A stretch of 64,000 nucleotides of DNA from a virus (taxonomy: Duplodnaviria > Heunggongvirae > Uroviricota > Caudoviricetes). The notes beneath the pieces are model-generated. The model was not told the DNA's origin. It did not search any database and was given only the letters and a program-made list of their open reading frames with translations. Location: IMG/VR virus record IMGVR_UViG_3300031760_000027, positions 20,159 through 84,158 of that record. One strand, written 5' to 3'. Of this stretch, positions 21,101-31,601 are shown piece after piece; the first letter of the stretch is position 1, and every line of letters begins with the position of its first letter. The translations under genes were made by a program, and so were the position numbers.

Positions 21101-24100
21101 TTGGCATATCTCTCTAATTTAATTGTTGCAGGTAATTCTAAATTCTTAAATAAAATATATGCAAAAGATTTAGAAGTCAGTGGAACTTTTGGAACAACTG
21201 GCAATGTAAGTGTAGGGGGAAGTTTAAGTGTAACTGGTGCATCTACTTGTACAGGTGGAATTACTATATCAGGAGAATCTACTTTTAATAATACAGTAAA
21301 TTTTAAGGGAAATGGTATAGAATTATATTATAATACTCCTTTTATAGATTTTCATTTTAAAAATTCTACAGCAGATTATACTTCCAGAATTATAGAAGAA
21401 AATAGTGGAATTATTACAATTAAACCTAATTTGGTAGTTGGTAGTTCTGCTACTATACCTACAGCAACAATCACTACAGGTACTATATCAAATGCTACTA
21501 TAGGTAGTGGAATAGTTGAAAATTTAAATGTTATGGATACTTTACGTGCTACTCATTATGATTTGCAAACAGTAGCACAATTAGGTGGGGCTTTTTATGT
21601 TTCCCCAACAGTTAAATTCCCTACAGCTTCTAATGCAAATATAGTTGTTACTAAAAGTGGTTCTACTTTAACTATGACTATAACTGATACGTCAACCATT
21701 ACATCTACAACTATGGCAGGTGTAGTCTGGCAAGCAAATGCAAAGATTAAAGTATCTGGTAAAATTGGAACAGTAACAACAGGGACAATGGATGGTACTG
21801 TTACGGCTGTCAATGTAAGTAGTCATTCAATGACAATAAGCGTATCAGGTGGTAATGCCGATGCTGTTCAAGCAGGAACTTACAATAAAGCTGATATTGA
21901 TAATTTTTGTGTAATGATGTATCACACAGGTAGTAATCCTGTTGGTATAATGATGAATAGTTATGGCACTAATGGATTAACTTATATTGATATATATGGT
22001 GGTTCTGCTACAAGCACATATACTACTCCTAATGTTAGAATTGGTAATTTAGGTGGATTAACTTTTAATGGAAGTACACTTTCCAATCAATGGGGTATAT
22101 ATACAAATAACGGTTATTTTTCAGGTAAAATTATAGCTAATGGTGGTACTATAGGTGGATTTACTATTGGTGATACAGCTATTTATACTGGCACATTAAC
22201 AAGTGCTACAGATAATTATATTGGATTATCGACAGCAGATTTTACAAGGTCGATTGGTGGAACAAGTAGAACTGGACTTAGAATGGCTATTGGCGATAAA
22301 TTTGGTGTAACTGGAGATGGTATTGTATATTCTAGTAATTTAGAAGCCACTGGTGGTAATATTGGTGGTTGGGTCATAGGAAGTAATACACTTTATAAAG
22401 GAACAATGGGTACAGCTAATGGTGTATTTTTAGTTCCTGATGGTTCTACAAACAGCTACTCTATAGGAGGTTCAAAAAGCATTAATGGATGGGCTATTAC
22501 TTCTGGAACTGATTTTGGAGTAACTAAAACAGGTGCGCTTTATTGTTCTAATATCCATGCAACAGGTGAAATTACAGCTACATCTGGTTCTATCAGTGGT
22601 TCATTAGTTACGTCTGGTATTAATGCAGATAATATTACAGCAGGTACTATTTCTATTGAAAGATTAACATCAATTAAAGTTGGTGGAAGAAATTTATTAC
22701 TTAATACTGCTATTTCTGAAGAGAATTTAGATAAAATTCATGCAACTGAAAATTATTGTTCAGTGGTAACAGAAGATAGCAAAACAGTTTATAAATTAAC
22801 AGGTTATAATACTATTCATCTTTTTAACCATACAAATAGTTGGGATTGTACATCTGAAAAATTAGAAGCAAATACTACATATACCTATAGTGCTATGATT
22901 AAATGTAATAAATCTGTTGATTTTAATTTTGGCTCATTAGGACATTTTAATGTAAGTAATCCAAATTCTACTCGAAATGATAAAACACATGAGGATATTG
23001 TTTCTGAAAGAATTTATACTCCTTCAACAATTACTGCTAATCAATGGACAAAAATATCTATAACTTTTACAACTAATAATTTATCAGAGTCATCTTTTGG
23101 AGTTTACCCCATATATAACACAGGGGCTGATACGATTTTATATATATATAATTGTAAACTTGAAAAGGGTAATAAAGCTACTGATTGGTCTCCTGCACCA
23201 GAAGATATAGATGCTGATATTCAACAAGTTCAAGATAATTTAGATAATCTTGAAGTTGGAGGAAGAAATTTAATTCCTTATTCTAAAAATTTAAAATCAT
23301 TTACTAATGAAAGTTCTGCTCGTGTTACGGTTACATATACTGAAGATTCTTGTACAATTAAGAATATATATGGCAGTACGAGATATGGTACATTTTATGA
23401 TATAGAAGTTGAGTCTAATGCAACTTATACCCTTTCTTTTTATGCTTCTGATATTTCTAGCACTTATACAAATTATGCAATAGGAAATAGAACCCCGGGA
23501 CAAACAGCTTCATGGAGTAACATAACAGGGGGATTTCAACAAATTGTAGAAGGAAAAACTATTTGTACTTTTATTGTTCCAGAAACTGTAACTTTAGTAA
23601 GGATTTATTTTTGTATAGGTATTTTAAATGGAACTTGTACTATAAAAAATGTTAAACTAGAAAAAGGTAATAAAGCAACAGATTGGACACCTGCTCCTGA
23701 AGATTTACAAACAGATATAAATCTTGCGCTTTCTCAAAGTGTTGAATATATAATTGGTACACAAACAGCTACTACTGGTTCATGGACAGGAAGGTCTTCT
23801 ACTCTTACTGAATTAAAAGATGGAACACAAATTAGATATTGGTTGCCATATGCAGGAAGTGGAAATGCTACATTAAATTTAACCTTAAAAGATGGTACAA
23901 CAACAGGTGCTATTAACGTATATAGGCAAGGTGGCTCTGCAAGTAGTAGTGGTGTAGTTACTGCAAATAGAGTCACTACACATTATCCCGCAGGAAGTTC
24001 AATATCTATGACATATGGAGTTAATAGAATTGTTTCAGCAGTTTATTCTGGAACAACATATACTGGTACATTTACAGGATGGTTTGTAGATGGTGCTTAT

Positions 24101-26239
24101 GATTCTGGAAACACATATAATAAGGTAAGAATGCAAAATGTTATTAAGGCTGTAACCGCTATTACTAGCGGTAGAATTATATGTGGTACTAATTCTGGTT
24201 ATAAAAATATTAGTGTGAATACTTCTTTTGATTTAAGTTATCCACTTTTATATGCCGCATCAAGCATTAATGCTAATGCAACTGGAGACGATAATTATTT
24301 ACAAATAAATGGGGTAAATGCGTCTAATAATGGCACTATTACCTCTGGTGCGGCTAATAAAATGTTATATCTTAAAGGCACTGTAAATGGTAATGAATTT
24401 ACAATCGCTCCTAGTCCTTTTCTGACTACTGTTACTCCTACTGCTATAGATAATTATGTTTATATTCCATTAGGTATAATGTACTCTGCTACAAATATTT
24501 ATTTTATTTCCAGTGATAAATTATATGCTTTTAAAGATGGTAGTTTTAGAGAATTATCTAGAGGTGAAGCATCTTTAGCCGCAAAAACAGCAACAAATTA
24601 TATTTATTATGACACTACCAATGGACTAATTATATCTGATACTGCACATTATCAAACATATGCAGGAGCAAGTACAGGGTATAATACACAATTAACTAAT
24701 AATGCACTTAATATCAGACATGGTACTACAGTTTTAGCAAGTTATGGAACAGATATTATTTTAGGGAATACAATTCCTACTACTGAAGTTTCAACTCCTA
24801 TTTATGCGAAATTTTCTCCTAAATCTATGGAATTTTACCAAGGTTCTACAGATTCAACCCAAATTAAAAAATTATTTAATATTGGGTATGGGGCAGGAAG
24901 TGGCAGAGTAATAGAATCTGGTAAAGATTCTAATACTTATGTTACTACAGATAATACAGGAACAATAACAGCTTCTTCTTATACAAGTAATTATGATATG
25001 GTAGCTTCAAATCCCCCTATAATTGTACAATTAAGAGCAGTTATTAAAGATACAGATGCCAGTACTGATGATGGGTCTACAGATGCTACAATAATTGAAC
25101 CAGTTAGTGACGATGATACAAATTATGAAGGATTATTAATATTGAATACGGATTATACTGTAGATTATATTGCTAATACGATTACTTTAAATACATCTGC
25201 TAAAAATGTAACAGATTTTGTATCAAAGTATTATGTAAAATATAATATATATATCTGGACAAGCTATTTGGCTAAAAATAGTGACCAAATAAATTATTAT
25301 GATTTAGGCATAAGAAATACAAGCGTTAGTTATGGCCCTTATTCTCTTGTTAGTGGTAATAATAATATTGCTTCTAATAGGTATGGAGTAAGCATGGGAT
25401 ATAATAATAGAAATGAAGGATTTAAAGCTATTACATGTGGAAGTGATAATTATATAACATATGGGGCTACCTGTTCTTCTGTTTTTGGAGAAGGTCTTAA
25501 AACAGTAAGGCAAGGTAGTATGGTTGTTGGTAGATATAATGCTTATGATAATGGTCTTTTTGTTGTAGGTAATGGAACAGACAACAACAATAGACAAGAT
25601 ACTTTTGTTATAAGAGATAAAGGTAAAGCATATTTATATGGTGAATATGCAGGATTTATTGTTACTCCTAATAATAATAATGCAAATGGAGCAAATGGGG
25701 GAGCATTAACTTTAAACCCCTCTTTACAATTTAATTCTTTAAAAGGATACTCATTAAAAAATAATGGTGGGAAACTTACCATTTATTCTACTCCTTCTAA
25801 AAGAAAACAAGGTACTGAAGAAAGTCATTATGGACAAAGTTTGTATATAGAATCTTATTATAGTCAAGTAAGCAATACAAATATTTATTCAGGACTCATT
25901 AATGGTGATTATGACATTCAAACTACAGGATACTCTATATCATCTTTAACCTCTGCTAACACATCATATGTTGCCACTCCTAGTTCTTCTTCTCCTAATA
26001 GAATAATTAGGAAAAATGGAATTGTTGTAGTTGAAATTGAATTTACGCCAAAAAAAGCTACAACAGCATGGCAAACTATTTTTACCGTTCCCTCTGGTTT
26101 TAGACCTATTATAACACATAGAAATACTGTTCAAGGTACAACTTTTCAAATTACAAATACAGGTAATGTGCAAGCATCTACGGCATTAACTACAACGGCT
26201 TATCATTTTTATATGGTATATCCTTGCAAGTTTGATTAA
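21101..26239 (+). CDS. large tail fibre / host-specificity protein with two tandem CBM-like modules each ending in the GNKATDW(S/T)PAPED motif
   Basis: 1712 aa. Duplicated about 165-aa module, nt ~22850-23215 and ~23350-23715. G/T/S-rich beta-helix-like N-terminal region. Confidence 0.5.
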   Translation: MAYLSNLIVAGNSKFLNKIYAKDLEVSGTFGTTGNVSVGGSLSVTGASTCTGGITISGESTFNNTVNFKGNGIELYYNTPFIDFHFKNSTADYTSRIIEENSGIITIKPNLVVGSSATIPTATITTGTISNATIGSGIVENLNVMDTLRATHYDLQTVAQLGGAFYVSPTVKFPTASNANIVVTKSGSTLTMTITDTSTITSTTMAGVVWQANAKIKVSGKIGTVTTGTMDGTVTAVNVSSHSMTISVSGGNADAVQAGTYNKADIDNFCVMMYHTGSNPVGIMMNSYGTNGLTYIDIYGGSATSTYTTPNVRIGNLGGLTFNGSTLSNQWGIYTNNGYFSGKIIANGGTIGGFTIGDTAIYTGTLTSATDNYIGLSTADFTRSIGGTSRTGLRMAIGDKFGVTGDGIVYSSNLEATGGNIGGWVIGSNTLYKGTMGTANGVFLVPDGSTNSYSIGGSKSINGWAITSGTDFGVTKTGALYCSNIHATGEITATSGSISGSLVTSGINADNITAGTISIERLTSIKVGGRNLLLNTAISEENLDKIHATENYCSVVTEDSKTVYKLTGYNTIHLFNHTNSWDCTSEKLEANTTYTYSAMIKCNKSVDFNFGSLGHFNVSNPNSTRNDKTHEDIVSERIYTPSTITANQWTKISITFTTNNLSESSFGVYPIYNTGADTILYIYNCKLEKGNKATDWSPAPEDIDADIQQVQDNLDNLEVGGRNLIPYSKNLKSFTNESSARVTVTYTEDSCTIKNIYGSTRYGTFYDIEVESNATYTLSFYASDISSTYTNYAIGNRTPGQTASWSNITGGFQQIVEGKTICTFIVPETVTLVRIYFCIGILNGTCTIKNVKLEKGNKATDWTPAPEDLQTDINLALSQSVEYIIGTQTATTGSWTGRSSTLTELKDGTQIRYWLPYAGSGNATLNLTLKDGTTTGAINVYRQGGSASSSGVVTANRVTTHYPAGSSISMTYGVNRIVSAVYSGTTYTGTFTGWFVDGAYDSGNTYNKVRMQNVIKAVTAITSGRIICGTNSGYKNISVNTSFDLSYPLLYAASSINANATGDDNYLQINGVNASNNGTITSGAANKMLYLKGTVNGNEFTIAPSPFLTTVTPTAIDNYVYIPLGIMYSATNIYFISSDKLYAFKDGSFRELSRGEASLAAKTATNYIYYDTTNGLIISDTAHYQTYAGASTGYNTQLTNNALNIRHGTTVLASYGTDIILGNTIPTTEVSTPIYAKFSPKSMEFYQGSTDSTQIKKLFNIGYGAGSGRVIESGKDSNTYVTTDNTGTITASSYTSNYDMVASNPPIIVQLRAVIKDTDASTDDGSTDATIIEPVSDDDTNYEGLLILNTDYTVDYIANTITLNTSAKNVTDFVSKYYVKYNIYIWTSYLAKNSDQINYYDLGIRNTSVSYGPYSLVSGNNNIASNRYGVSMGYNNRNEGFKAITCGSDNYITYGATCSSVFGEGLKTVRQGSMVVGRYNAYDNGLFVVGNGTDNNNRQDTFVIRDKGKAYLYGEYAGFIVTPNNNNANGANGGALTLNPSLQFNSLKGYSLKNNGGKLTIYSTPSKRKQGTEESHYGQSLYIESYYSQVSNTNIYSGLINGDYDIQTTGYSISSLTSANTSYVATPSSSSPNRIIRKNGIVVVEIEFTPKKATTAWQTIFTVPSGFRPIITHRNTVQGTTFQITNTGNVQASTALTTTAYHFYMVYPCKFD

Positions 26240-26257
26240 TTAAAAAGGAGAAACATT

Positions 26258-26638
26258 ATGAATATTTTAAATGGAATTATTAACTTTTTTACTTTTGTTG
26301 TTAATAACTGGACAGGCATTGCAGTTATTATTGGTCTTGCTATTGGTATTTTCCAAAAAGCTAAAGAATATGCAGGAAAAACTAAAGAAGAAAAAATTGC
26401 AATTGCTAAAAGACAAATTCATGAAATCGCACTTAGCCTTGTAACAAAGGCAGAAACTGATTATACTGATTGGAATAAAGCAGGTAAAATTAAACGTTCT
26501 GAAGTAATTACTCAGATTTATGATAAATATCCTGTTTTAAAAGAAGTTCTTAATCAGGAAGAATTAGTTGCATATATTGATGCTGAAATTGATAATGCAC
26601 TTAAAAATCTTGAAGAGGTAATTGCACAGGGAGAGTAA
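26258..26638 (+). CDS. putative holin (single N-terminal TM helix plus helical cytoplasmic domain, LL-H-like architecture)
   Basis: 126 aa. Hydrophobic segment FFTFVVNNWTGIAVIIGLAIGIF. Lies immediately upstream of a cell-wall-binding enzyme gene. Confidence 0.4.
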   Translation: MNILNGIINFFTFVVNNWTGIAVIIGLAIGIFQKAKEYAGKTKEEKIAIAKRQIHEIALSLVTKAETDYTDWNKAGKIKRSEVITQIYDKYPVLKEVLNQEELVAYIDAEIDNALKNLEEVIAQGE

Positions 26639-26646
26639 TATAAATA

Positions 26647-27885
26647 ATGGATAAATTAATAGTATATAAATTTTCACAAGATTTTGGAGACCAATTTATA
26701 TTTGAATCTTGTGGAGAAATCTGTATTTATGATACTTATTATGAAGGTAATTCTTTAACCCCTGTAAAAAATTTATTAAATGGTAGAAAAGCTACTTTAG
26801 TTTTAAGTCATATACATATTGACCATGTAGGTAATGCTAAAAGACTTATTAATGCTAATTTGATTAAAGAATTATATGTGTCCAAACAAGACCCTGTAAA
26901 TGAAAAACGTTCAGAAAAGACTATGTTAAAAGAAATAGTTAATCTTTGTAAATCTAAAGGAATACCAGTACATTATGTTGGAAAAGGTGATACTTTTTAT
27001 GTAGGTGCTACCAAACATGATGTACTGGTAGCACGTTCTTCTGGGGGAAATAATGCAAGGTCACTTATTACTTTAGTAGAAATTGGTGGTTGTAAGGTTT
27101 TAATGACAGGTGATGCTGAAACATCTACTTTTAATGAATTATTTAATAGTGGATATGATTTATCTAATATTACAATTATGAAGATTCCACATCATGGAGT
27201 TAAAGAAAATAATCCCCAAAGTATCTTTACTAAAATTGCTCCTACAATAGCAATTTGTAATTGTTGTGGAGAAAATAAAAACACTTACAAGTCTTGGGCT
27301 AAAGAAGCTTATAATAGAGCAGAAAATGCTAAGATAAATTGCTATTCTGTTATGTATAATGGAGATATGGAATTTATGTTTGACCAAGGTGTGTGTATAC
27401 CTATTAAACTTGAAAGGAATTATCAAACTGTTATGAATAATGGAATTAGTAGACTTGTAAATAAGAAAGCGAATGTATATTGGCATAAAAATTTTGTCAA
27501 AGATTTTTCTAAAATCAGTAGTGGTCATTTAGCCGCAGAAGTTTTACTTGGTAGATTGGGTTCAGGAAATATTCGTAAAATGATTTTAGGTAAAAAATAT
27601 GAAGAAGTCCAAAAATTAGTTAATGAATATGTTAATGATAGAGATGAATTAATCAGACAATTAACTGATTATGTGTTATCTGGTGAAGCAGGTAGGGCAA
27701 CTTTTAGAAAAATTATACTTCAAGATTATTATCAAGAAGTTCAAGATAAAATTAATTATGTAGTAAAAGTAGCGAATGAAATTATTTCTGGTAATAATCC
27801 TTATGGAGATAATGATATGCGTAAAGAAAATCTTGGTAAAGATTATCAAATTATACAAAACCAGATTAATAGACAATTAAAATAA
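26647..27885 (+). CDS. MBL-fold metallo-hydrolase (ComEC-like HHG motif) fused to two Cpl-7-type (CW_7) cell-wall-binding repeats
   Basis: HIHIDH, MTGDAE and IPHHG motifs. C-terminal repeats AAEVLLGRLGSGNIRKMILGKKYEEVQKLVNEYV and a second copy. Confidence 0.55.
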   Translation: MDKLIVYKFSQDFGDQFIFESCGEICIYDTYYEGNSLTPVKNLLNGRKATLVLSHIHIDHVGNAKRLINANLIKELYVSKQDPVNEKRSEKTMLKEIVNLCKSKGIPVHYVGKGDTFYVGATKHDVLVARSSGGNNARSLITLVEIGGCKVLMTGDAETSTFNELFNSGYDLSNITIMKIPHHGVKENNPQSIFTKIAPTIAICNCCGENKNTYKSWAKEAYNRAENAKINCYSVMYNGDMEFMFDQGVCIPIKLERNYQTVMNNGISRLVNKKANVYWHKNFVKDFSKISSGHLAAEVLLGRLGSGNIRKMILGKKYEEVQKLVNEYVNDRDELIRQLTDYVLSGEAGRATFRKIILQDYYQEVQDKINYVVKVANEIISGNNPYGDNDMRKENLGKDYQIIQNQINRQLK

Positions 27886-27899
27886 AATAAGAAAATGGA

Positions 27900-30065
27900 G
27901 TGATTGATATGATTACAGCAGTCTTTAATGATAAAATGGATTATACAATCGCCTACGGTTTGTGGCAATGGGATTATGGACAAGTTTTAAGAGTAAAAGG
28001 ACTTGATTTTAACCAAATATCTATAGAAGTCCATTTCTCATTAAGCCCTGACAATACTGATAGTTTAGTTACTATTGGTGTTGTAAAAGATATTGATTAT
28101 CAATCAACCATAGTGAGCGATGGAGAAGAATATACGGTTAATGAAACGGCAACTGTTTTAGATGTGGTTATTCCTAAAGACATGTTATGGAATAATATTA
28201 AAAAGAATTATACAATTTATGTATTTCTTCTTTCAACAAATGAGGAATCAGGTGAAACTTTAAAGAGAATAATAATGCCAGTAAAAGTTAAACCTAAACC
28301 TATCTATTCAGTTACTCCTGAAGATGAAGAACTGTTTCATGGGGTCGTTGAAGAAGTCAATACTTTTGCAGAAACAGCAAAAGAACATTCTAATATATCT
28401 AAATCTTATGCCGTAGGTAATACAGGAACAAGAGAGAATGAAGATATTGATAATGCTAAATATTATGCTGAACAATCAGCTTTATCTGCTGAAGCTTCTG
28501 AACAATCAGCTTCTAATGCTTTAGTGTCTGAAAATCATGCTTTAGATTCTGAGAATAGTGCTTTAGGGGCTGAATCAAGAGCAAGGACTTATGCTACTGA
28601 AGCTAAAGATTTAAAACAAGAATATGATAATACTTTAGCATTAGCAAAAGAGCATAGAGACTCTGCACAGGCATCAGCTATATCTGCATCTGCTAATTTA
28701 AGAGATACAGTTACAGCCAGAAATATTGCTACACAGGCTTCTGCTGATGCTAATAATTTTTTAAATCAAACACAAGCCGTATATGATTTAGCTGTAGAGG
28801 TTAAGCAAGAAGTCGATGAAACTAAAGCTGATATAACAGCAATAAGTACTGAAATTGCTACAACTGGGACAGAAATTAATACAGTTAAAAATGAAATTAT
28901 TGCTATTAAATCCGAAGTAGATGATATTAAATCTGAAATTGACGATGATAAAGCAATTATTGATACTAAAAAAACGGCTATAGATAATCAAGCTATTGCT
29001 GTAGCAGATAATATAGCACAATCGAATCAAATTAAAACAGATATTATTCATTTAAAAGATGATACAATTTTAATTAAGGAAGAGACTTCTGATATTAAAG
29101 ATGCAACTGATGAAATTAAAACAGATGTTATTAGTATCGCTAATAATTTAAGTAATTCTATAGATACTAAAATATCTGAACATAATGAATCCACCACAGC
29201 GCATCCAGATATAAGAAGTTTAATATCAAATTTAACAAATAAATTAAATACTTTTTTGGACACCGATGATGAATCATTAGACCAAATAAGTGAATTAATT
29301 ACTTTTATTCAAAATAATAGAACTTTAATTGAAGGAATTACTACCAGTAAAATAGATAAAAATCAAGGTATTGAAAATGCTTCTAAGGGCTTAATTGTAG
29401 GTGAAGATGGTTATGTAACATTAGGAGATATAGGTTATTATCCTGTAGAAATAACTTCTGTTAATTCTAATTATCAAGCAAATCACACTTGTAAAGAAAT
29501 TTCTGATGCTTTTAAAGATGGATTAATACCTTATGCTTTTATTCATGGAGTTGAACAGAATATATTTTATTTAATGACTTGTAGTGAATCCTTAGTAGGT
29601 TTTGTTTATTTAACAAAAGATAATATATCAATTATTACAATATCTCAAGATAATACTACAACAGTTAATACAAATAATCCTATTATCCATACTCACCAAG
29701 ATATTAGTCATAAAGCTGATAAAGCTACGACTTTATCAGGATATGGTATTACGAATGCTTATACTAAAGGCGAAGTAGATAATATTGTAAATAATCTTGA
29801 TATTGGAGTTACATCTGTTAATAATAAAACAGGTGATGTAACAATTACAGCACAAGAACTTGGGGCATTAACTGAGCATCAAGATATTAGTGGTAAAGCA
29901 GATAAATCAGAGATACCAACAGTTCCTACAAATGTATCAGCCTTTACTAATGATAGCGGTTATATTAATGATTTAAGTCCTTATATTTATTATTCTCAAA
30001 ATAGTAATACTGTATATATAAATAGTGCAACTGAAATAACTGATGCTGATGAAGCATCATTCTAA
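27900..30065 (+). CDS. tail fibre-like structural protein with coiled-coil stalk
   Basis: 721 aa. A/E/S-rich heptad region. C-terminal module KADKATTLSGYGITNAYTKGEVDN..VTSVNNKTGDVTITAQELGA is shared with the 32652..34016 protein. Confidence 0.45.
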   Translation: MIDMITAVFNDKMDYTIAYGLWQWDYGQVLRVKGLDFNQISIEVHFSLSPDNTDSLVTIGVVKDIDYQSTIVSDGEEYTVNETATVLDVVIPKDMLWNNIKKNYTIYVFLLSTNEESGETLKRIIMPVKVKPKPIYSVTPEDEELFHGVVEEVNTFAETAKEHSNISKSYAVGNTGTRENEDIDNAKYYAEQSALSAEASEQSASNALVSENHALDSENSALGAESRARTYATEAKDLKQEYDNTLALAKEHRDSAQASAISASANLRDTVTARNIATQASADANNFLNQTQAVYDLAVEVKQEVDETKADITAISTEIATTGTEINTVKNEIIAIKSEVDDIKSEIDDDKAIIDTKKTAIDNQAIAVADNIAQSNQIKTDIIHLKDDTILIKEETSDIKDATDEIKTDVISIANNLSNSIDTKISEHNESTTAHPDIRSLISNLTNKLNTFLDTDDESLDQISELITFIQNNRTLIEGITTSKIDKNQGIENASKGLIVGEDGYVTLGDIGYYPVEITSVNSNYQANHTCKEISDAFKDGLIPYAFIHGVEQNIFYLMTCSESLVGFVYLTKDNISIITISQDNTTTVNTNNPIIHTHQDISHKADKATTLSGYGITNAYTKGEVDNIVNNLDIGVTSVNNKTGDVTITAQELGALTEHQDISGKADKSEIPTVPTNVSAFTNDSGYINDLSPYIYYSQNSNTVYINSATEITDADEASF

Positions 30066-30077
30066 GGGGGTGGAAAT

Positions 30078-30758
30078 ATGAGTGTAATTAATAATGTTAA
30101 AGCTTTAATTTCTACTTCTAAATTAATTAATCTTGCAAATGCAATTAGGAATAAAACTGGCGAAGTAAAATCATATACTATTGATGAAATGATTGAAAAA
30201 ATTAATGGAATGAAGAGTAGTGTTCTTACTTCTTTAGATGTTACTACTAATGGAACTTATACTCCTGAGAGTGGAGTGGATGGCTTTAGTCAGGTGACCG
30301 TAGATGTCAATCCCGACCTGCGACCTTTATCCATATCAGAAAATGGCACTTATGAGCCTGATGGGTTTGATGGGTATGACAGTGTTACGGTGGATGTTAT
30401 CGTTAAAAGACTTATAGGGGAGTATGTCCTCTCTGTGGATAAGTTGGGCGTTTTAGACCACGAATCGTATTGGCTCGAAAACTACCTTCCCACTGAGCAA
30501 GACCCGACAGCAATTTATATTATTGAGTTTGAGCAAAATAATGCTTCAAACTACGCCGTTAAAAAAATAATTGTTCCTGGACTTATTGGCGGGACTTTTT
30601 CTATACACAATGTATGTATTGCTTATAGATACACTAATGGTGTCCTTATCAGATATGGCATATCTATTGATACTGACAGTCCTTCATCCCGTACATTAAA
30701 TGCAACTAAAGGGACTGTTATAAAAGTTTATGAAGCGTACAACAAGATTAGTATTTAG
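30078..30758 (+). CDS. putative fibre/receptor-binding protein; conserved N-terminal anchor with GC-rich C-terminal domain
   Basis: The N-terminus LINLANAIRNKTG is shared with the 31602..32540 N-terminus. GC content rises sharply after ~30280. Confidence 0.4.
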   Translation: MSVINNVKALISTSKLINLANAIRNKTGEVKSYTIDEMIEKINGMKSSVLTSLDVTTNGTYTPESGVDGFSQVTVDVNPDLRPLSISENGTYEPDGFDGYDSVTVDVIVKRLIGEYVLSVDKLGVLDHESYWLENYLPTEQDPTAIYIIEFEQNNASNYAVKKIIVPGLIGGTFSIHNVCIAYRYTNGVLIRYGISIDTDSPSSRTLNATKGTVIKVYEAYNKISI

Positions 30759-30870
30759 AAATTTGAGAACGCAATACGCATAACCCATCCCCACCTGACA
30801 TGTGGGTAGAGGAGACTATCAAGATATATAGTATTAAATTAATATAAAAAAATAGATGAGGTATAATAAA

Positions 30871-31260
30871 ATGTCTTTTATATTTTATAATCCTAATCTA
30901 TCTGGAAAAAGAACAGGTGATTGTGTAATTAGAGCAATTGCAAAAGCAACTGGACAAGATTGGGAAAGAGCCTATACTAATTTATGTGTGGAGGGTTATA
31001 CATTGTATGACCTTCCATCATCTAATAGAGTATGGGGAAGTTATTTACAATCAAGAAATTTTGAAAAAATTCAATTACCTAATACTTGCCCAGATTGTTA
31101 TACAGTTAAACAATTTTGTGAAGATAATCCTAAAGGGATATATGTATTAGCTTTAGGAAACCTTACAGCCGACCATGCTGTAACAGTAATTGACGGTAAT
31201 TATTTTGATGTGTGGGATTCAGGTGATGAAATCCCACTTTATTATTTTAAAAGGAAGTAA
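30871..31260 (+). CDS. small Cys/His/Asp protein, possible papain-like cysteine peptidase fold (speculative); moron-like
   Basis: ORF track gives 30856 as first ATG, but a GAGG RBS fits the ATG at 30871. Motifs GDCVIRAIA, ADHAVTVIDG and DVWDSGD. Followed by a strong intrinsic terminator. Confidence 0.3.
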   Translation: MSFIFYNPNLSGKRTGDCVIRAIAKATGQDWERAYTNLCVEGYTLYDLPSSNRVWGSYLQSRNFEKIQLPNTCPDCYTVKQFCEDNPKGIYVLALGNLTADHAVTVIDGNYFDVWDSGDEIPLYYFKRK

Positions 31261-31311
31261 TTAATTATGGCAACTTATAATGCTTATCAATCTCAACCTT
31301 ATCCATATAAC

Positions 31312-31350
31312 ACTACAGGAGTATTTTATACTCCTGTAGTATATTTTTTA
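31312..31350 (+). terminator. rho-independent terminator (perfect 12-bp stem, 5-nt loop, T-run)
   Basis: actacaggagta tttta tactcctgtagt followed by atatttttt. Confidence 0.6.
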
Positions 31351-31366
31351 AATAGGAGTAATCAAA

Positions 31367-31582
31367 ATGAAATTTATAATAAATAATAAAACAATTAATA
31401 TAGTCGATGCTCCTGCTACTGGCACAACAGGTCAAGTATTAGTTGCAAATGGAGATGAAACGACAGCTTGGAGAGATTTATACCAGTATACTATCACAGA
31501 TGATGATAATGGAGTCGTTTCTTTTAATCGACATTATATTACAGATATAGATATTGTTGATGGTAATAATACAGAATATTAA
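31367..31582 (+). CDS. hypothetical protein
   Basis: 71-aa ORF with AGGAG RBS. Confidence 0.3.
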   Translation: MKFIINNKTINIVDAPATGTTGQVLVANGDETTAWRDLYQYTITDDDNGVVSFNRHYITDIDIVDGNNTEY

Positions 31583-31601
31583 TTAAAGAAAGGAGATAAA
31601 T

